From Octopus vulgaris (Eukaryota): 64,000 bases of DNA. Every line of letters starts with the position of its first letter. Position 1 is the stretch's first letter. A model generated the notes under the pieces. The model had not been told where the DNA came from and made no database searches. It worked only from the letters and a program-made list of their open reading frames with translations. The DNA is taken from the NCBI GenBank assembly GCA_951406725.2, contig OX597835.1:682001-746000 (forward strand). Direction: 5' to 3'. Both the position numbers and the translations under genes were made by a program. Positions 58,837-64,000 of this stretch are shown piece by piece.

Positions 58837-59978
58837 CTGTAATGGAAGTTATGATAAAGTTGATTAGAACCTAATAATTATATCAGATGGACTAGAATCG
58901 AGTGGGATTCTCTTCTATTTCATTTATTTAAAGCTGTAAAAAAGAAGACCATAAAGAGAGTAACTGAGCAAAAATCAAAGATTCGACAGTGAAGAAAGTG
59001 AGAGGAAACCCGATGTTGGCTGAGGACTGGAAAAGATGGAGGGAGGAGGTTGCATCTCTTGCTTTGTACCGTTGGAGCACTTTGCCCTCACAGCTGTGGA
59101 TTTGGGTTCATTGAAACAGATGTTGATGCTGTTATTGTTGTTGTTGCCATTTTGCTTTTGCACCAGCCCTGACTTAACAGACTCATTTACAATTAAAAAC
59201 ATCCATAGGGTGTGATCTGAAGGGAATTTGGCTGCCATCTCTAGCAAGTTGAGCAACCTCATAGAGGATTATGCGGCTGTGGCAGTGGTTATTATTTAAC
59301 CCCAAATCATCTTTGTCCTTGTAAAACTAGGAACAAAGGCATTCCAACCATGACCAACCCATCTTTTTTCAAACATTATACATAGGACTACATTATCTGA
59401 TATATCCTTTCTTTTTAAATGAGTGGATGTGATTGAAAGGCAATTTGGCTGCTATATCAAGTTACTCTGTAGAAGTATTCAGTGGTCATAGTTGTTCCTT
59501 AACCTTAGAACAGCCTTCAGCCAGGACGTCTGCGATCACGATTAGGGGTGCAGTGTGGCCTTGTGTGCAAGGTGCTCTATTTCACGTTGCTCCAGGCTAC
59601 CCGGCCGCCGAAATTTAGTTGTACCGGTAATTCACAAGGGGCCACTCTGTGTCACGCTGAATCTCCCCGTGAACTACATTAAGGGTGCGCATATCCGTGG
59701 AGTACTCAGCCACTTGCCCGTTAATTTCATGAACAGGCTGTTCTGTTGATTGGACCAACTGGAATCCTTATGATTGTCATAACTGACTGAATGCCAAATT
59801 AACTCAAATGGAATATTATCCACTATGTCCTTTTCTTTTCAAGACAAGACTTAGGAGAGATTTGATTACTATATTTAGCAAACCAAGTGATCATGTAGAG
59901 GATTTCTCATTGGCTTACAGATTGTGAGCCAATGTTTCGAAGTTATTAAAAAAACAAACAAACAAAAGAACTGCTTAC

Positions 59979-60078
59979 TTGTAGGATTAATAGTAAATGG
60001 TAAAGAACTGTTGACTAGCGTGTAGAAGACCTGACCATTAGATCCTGAGTCAGCATCAGTGGCCGTGACCCTGGTAAC
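59979..60078 (-). CDS. Cadherin exon (VTRVTATDADSGSNGQVFYTLVNSSLPFTINPT)
   Basis: CAG/GTAAG sites; ATDxDxGxNG motif; in phase with neighbours. Confidence 0.93.
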
Positions 60079-60893
60079 CTGAGAATTGAAAACAAGAGAA
60101 TGTAAGAGAGGGAAATTCAAAGGGTGGAGGGAACCTTACTCTCCTCAACACACATTATTCAAAGAAGATGCAAGATGACTATAACTTCAAAATCAGTGAT
60201 TTTGCATTTCATTCAATTCAAATATTTAGACTTTATTAATTCTTTGTCATTTATTGTTATCCAGCATTTTTAGGACATCTTCTAAACACACTTTCCATGT
60301 ATAGGATGGCTTAGGTAGCCAAATCTTCAGAGTTACTGCTAATACTATTCTTGTTAAAGAATAATACATATATATTCAATCAAAAGGATCAAAGGTTCTT
60401 CCTGTTCCAGAGGTTCGTGAGGCTAGTTTTTCAGATTCTGTGGTATATCATTCAACTACTACCATAGTTGAATAATATTCTTAACGTAGCTTTTTTGTTG
60501 CAGTCTGAGTCTTCCAAGCAGTCTTACTAATTCAGTTTTAATCAAAATCAAATTTAGTTTTTTGAATTATGTTTGACTTGTGATAAGCTACATTTAGACA
60601 TAAAATACTTAAAATTTGGCACAGTAGAACAAACGTTAAAAGAAAAAAAATGTATAAACCAAACTGGTTGACTGTGTGTATGCAAGCATGAACATAATTA
60701 GACAACAAAGGATGAGTACTCAATAAGCAAATAGTTTATAATACTGAATAAATTCAAGAATAAAGGGCAACAGTATTTTCTTTTACATCATTGAAAATAG
60801 TTATTACTGAGCTTTCTAAAGAGAAATATATCATTGAATAGTATTCTTGAATTTATTGAGCATCATAATATATTTGCACACTCATATCCTCAT

Positions 60894-60943
<50 letters not shown>

Positions 60944-61173
60944 TTAGCATGCTTAGGTACATCAAGTTGCTGTACGAGTTTTCTCTCCTCTCAATGCGAC
61001 ACCAATGCACCTGCAGTTATAGGGGAGAAAACTCATACAATGACATGAAGAGCCAAAAGCGTGCTAAAGGTTAATACACACCAATAAGCAGGCTTACATA
61101 CCCTTAGACAAGTTCATAAATTGTAGAGAATTATTAAACTTAAAAATTCCAAAGAAATAATAGCAGAACTTAC

Positions 61174-61314
61174 AAATAGATTAGGACTGTCATTTTCTTT
61201 GACAGAAAACGCTCGGCTACTTGTCCCGAAAACAGGCCGATTGTCATTTTGGTCTTCAACTCTAATGGAAACGGTGACTGTGGATTGCCTTGGTGGGTTG
61301 CCATTGTCGTTAGC
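61174..61314 (-). CDS. Non-classical cadherin (CDH23/Cad87A/PCDH15-like), first exon visible in window (ANDNGNPPRQSTVTVSIRVEDQNDNRPVF…KENDSPNLF)
   Basis: AAG acceptor, GTAAG donor; AxDxGxPP and DxNDNxPxF cadherin motifs; no start seen, so the gene probably begins beyond the window end. Confidence 0.92.
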
Positions 61315-62065
61315 CTTTTCAAAAAGACAAAGAAGTGTAAAATTTGAGAGTAAAAGGGATATAGCATAACTGAATAGAACAAGAAGGTAACTTTCTCTCT
61401 CTCTTATATATATCAGTATGAACGTATATAGATTGTTTGAAGTGGTGTACAGATTTTATATCTGAAGAAAAATGAGGTAGTCAGAATTTTAGGTAATTCT
61501 TTATTCGCACTTTCGTCTAATTCATGGAGACTTCTCAGATATGAGTTTTACAGAAAATTTCTTTGCCTTTTATAGAAATCTGGAAGAGAATATTTTTTTG
61601 TTTGTTTTGTAATGTATATGTGTGTGTATATAGAATAAAAAGAAAGAATAAAGAGGAATGAAGGGAGGAGAGCAAAAAATGAGAGATAGAGAGAAAGAAG
61701 GACAGAAGAGAGAAAAGAAAGTAAAAAGAAAGGAGGAAGAGAGAAAAGAAAGAAAGCAGGATCTTTTACCCCATTTGTCTTCTGTGAGATGGTTTTTTTT
61801 GTTATATTTGGGGAAAGGAGTTTCTTCACAGGTGTTTGGTCTTCATGACATTTAAAGACGTCAGTTTTGTTTTTTAAAGAATGGGAGAAAGAAAGAAAGA
61901 CAAAAAAAAAATCCTCTTCTAGATTTGAATAAAAGGCAAAGAAATTTTCTGTAAGACTCATATCTGAGGAGTCTCAATCAATGATTCAAAAGTATTAATA
62001 AAGAATTAACCAAAATTCTGACTACTTCATTTTTCTTAATAAGTAAGTATGTATGTATATAAGCA

Positions 62066-62151
<86 letters not shown>

Positions 62152-62183
62152 TATGTGTGTTTCTATGTGCATGTGTGTGTTTC

Positions 62184-62223
<40 letters not shown>

Positions 62224-62224
<1 letters not shown>

Positions 62225-63263
62225 TAGCATTAAAGACCCGTCGTTGCTGGGTCATAGTGCTAGTGCATGTATATATGTGTATATATATGTGTACATATTA
62301 CATGTACATCTATATATATACATTTACACATAAAATACAAAATACAAAGTTATATCTTGATATCGCTAGTGATAACAATACTCAAAATATATAACAGACT
62401 GGAATTGTTAGCCCTTCTCTTGTAATTTCAATCAATTGTATCTTGTCCTCCCTTTTGTAAAGAAGTGTGGCTACAATCCAGCCTACCTCTACTTCTGGGG
62501 TGAGGGAGGGGGAGGGGCATTTAAAATTTTTTTCCAGGACGTCCTACGTCCCAAATATAAAGGTAAAAGTAAAATATTTCCACTTTGCAAGTTCGAGTCG
62601 AGTACTCCCCTGCACGCTCCGTTGACTCGAACCTTGCTTCTATTGTGGCGAATTTACCGCCTCTGGTTAGATATCTTTCATAGTCGCACCAAGACACTTT
62701 TCGATGGCGCTTTCCTCCGGGTGTTCAAATCTTCTTTTTTCTCTACATTGTATACTTTATAGACAATAGTCTTTTCTTTAATTTAATTTTTTATTATCCA
62801 TCTGGACTATTCCATTTCTGCACGCTAATTTTATTTTTAATTTATTCCCATTCATGTGAAACCACTTATTCAAGTTCAAATCATTGATGCAATTTTATAC
62901 CAATTGCAATTTTTACTTTTGTTATGTTACGATTATATTATACTTTAGTTTGATTTTAATTATTACTTACTACATATAATTCAATTGTTATTATTATTTT
63001 TATTGTTAAAGTGAAAGCATCTGAAATAAAATAGAGAAATGTTTTTGTTTCACTTTTAACACGTAATACTGAAATAGTGGGGAAGATATGATATTGCTAT
63101 GGGCTCCCTCTAGGCAAGAAGTTGAACATTTTTTTGCCCATGAAACTACATGGACCCTAAGTAAGGCATGTGTAGAATGAAATTGGTTGTGTAGTTCTCA
63201 AGTTTTAGGGAAACACACAGACAGACAGACAGACACACATTCTCAGTTTTATATATATAAAGA
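62224..63263 (-). mobile_element. Non-autonomous Helitron (~1.04 kb)
   Basis: On -: A|TC start, (TCTG)n near the 5' end, GACCC…GGGTC hairpin (62235-62253) just before CTAG|T; AT target, no TSD. Confidence 0.8.
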
Positions 63264-63372
63264 TAGTTAATCCAAACATGAACAAGCAAGAAAAAACAAG
63301 ACAAGGACGTGGAATAAGTACAGTGCTAATGGGTGCTCAGGAAAGGAAAGAAAAGAAAGAGGAGAGAAAGAG

Positions 63373-63404
<32 letters not shown>

Positions 63405-63504
63405 TAGATAGATAGATAGTTTCAGTATAGGTACAATCAACAAAAAGTACTCCACCCTGTGAGAGATAAATATCAATTTAATACACAACCAAAAGACCTA
63501 CAAA

Positions 63505-64000
<496 letters not shown>

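Overview
AT-rich, repeat-dense animal genomic DNA. The SINE/RTE repertoire and kilobase (TA)n arrays suggest an octopod cephalopod (inference). Two spliced genes converge. (1) A complete 10-exon NudC gene lies on + (731-22445, 329 aa, all introns GT-AG and in phase). (2) The 3' part of a large non-classical cadherin lies on - (10 in-phase exons, 61314 down to 28216). It has EC repeats, an RVKR furin-type site and the start of a CDH23/PCDH15-type membrane-adjacent domain, then runs into a 100-N gap with no transmembrane exon visible. Introns hold a 5'-truncated RTE LINE with a PHD-like finger inside its RT, a decayed Tc1/mariner, three Helitron derivatives, MITEs and three SINE families. The most striking object is a 7.5-kb Naiad-like Penelope retroelement (RT + GIY-YIG) with ~2.7-kb near-identical inverted arms. 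Each arm carries a hammerhead-ribozyme motif with an unusually long stem II. It is inserted in a (TA)n array that itself sits inside a split SINE in a cadherin intron. The long Y/I/C/M/H/T ORFs in the track are microsatellite artefacts.
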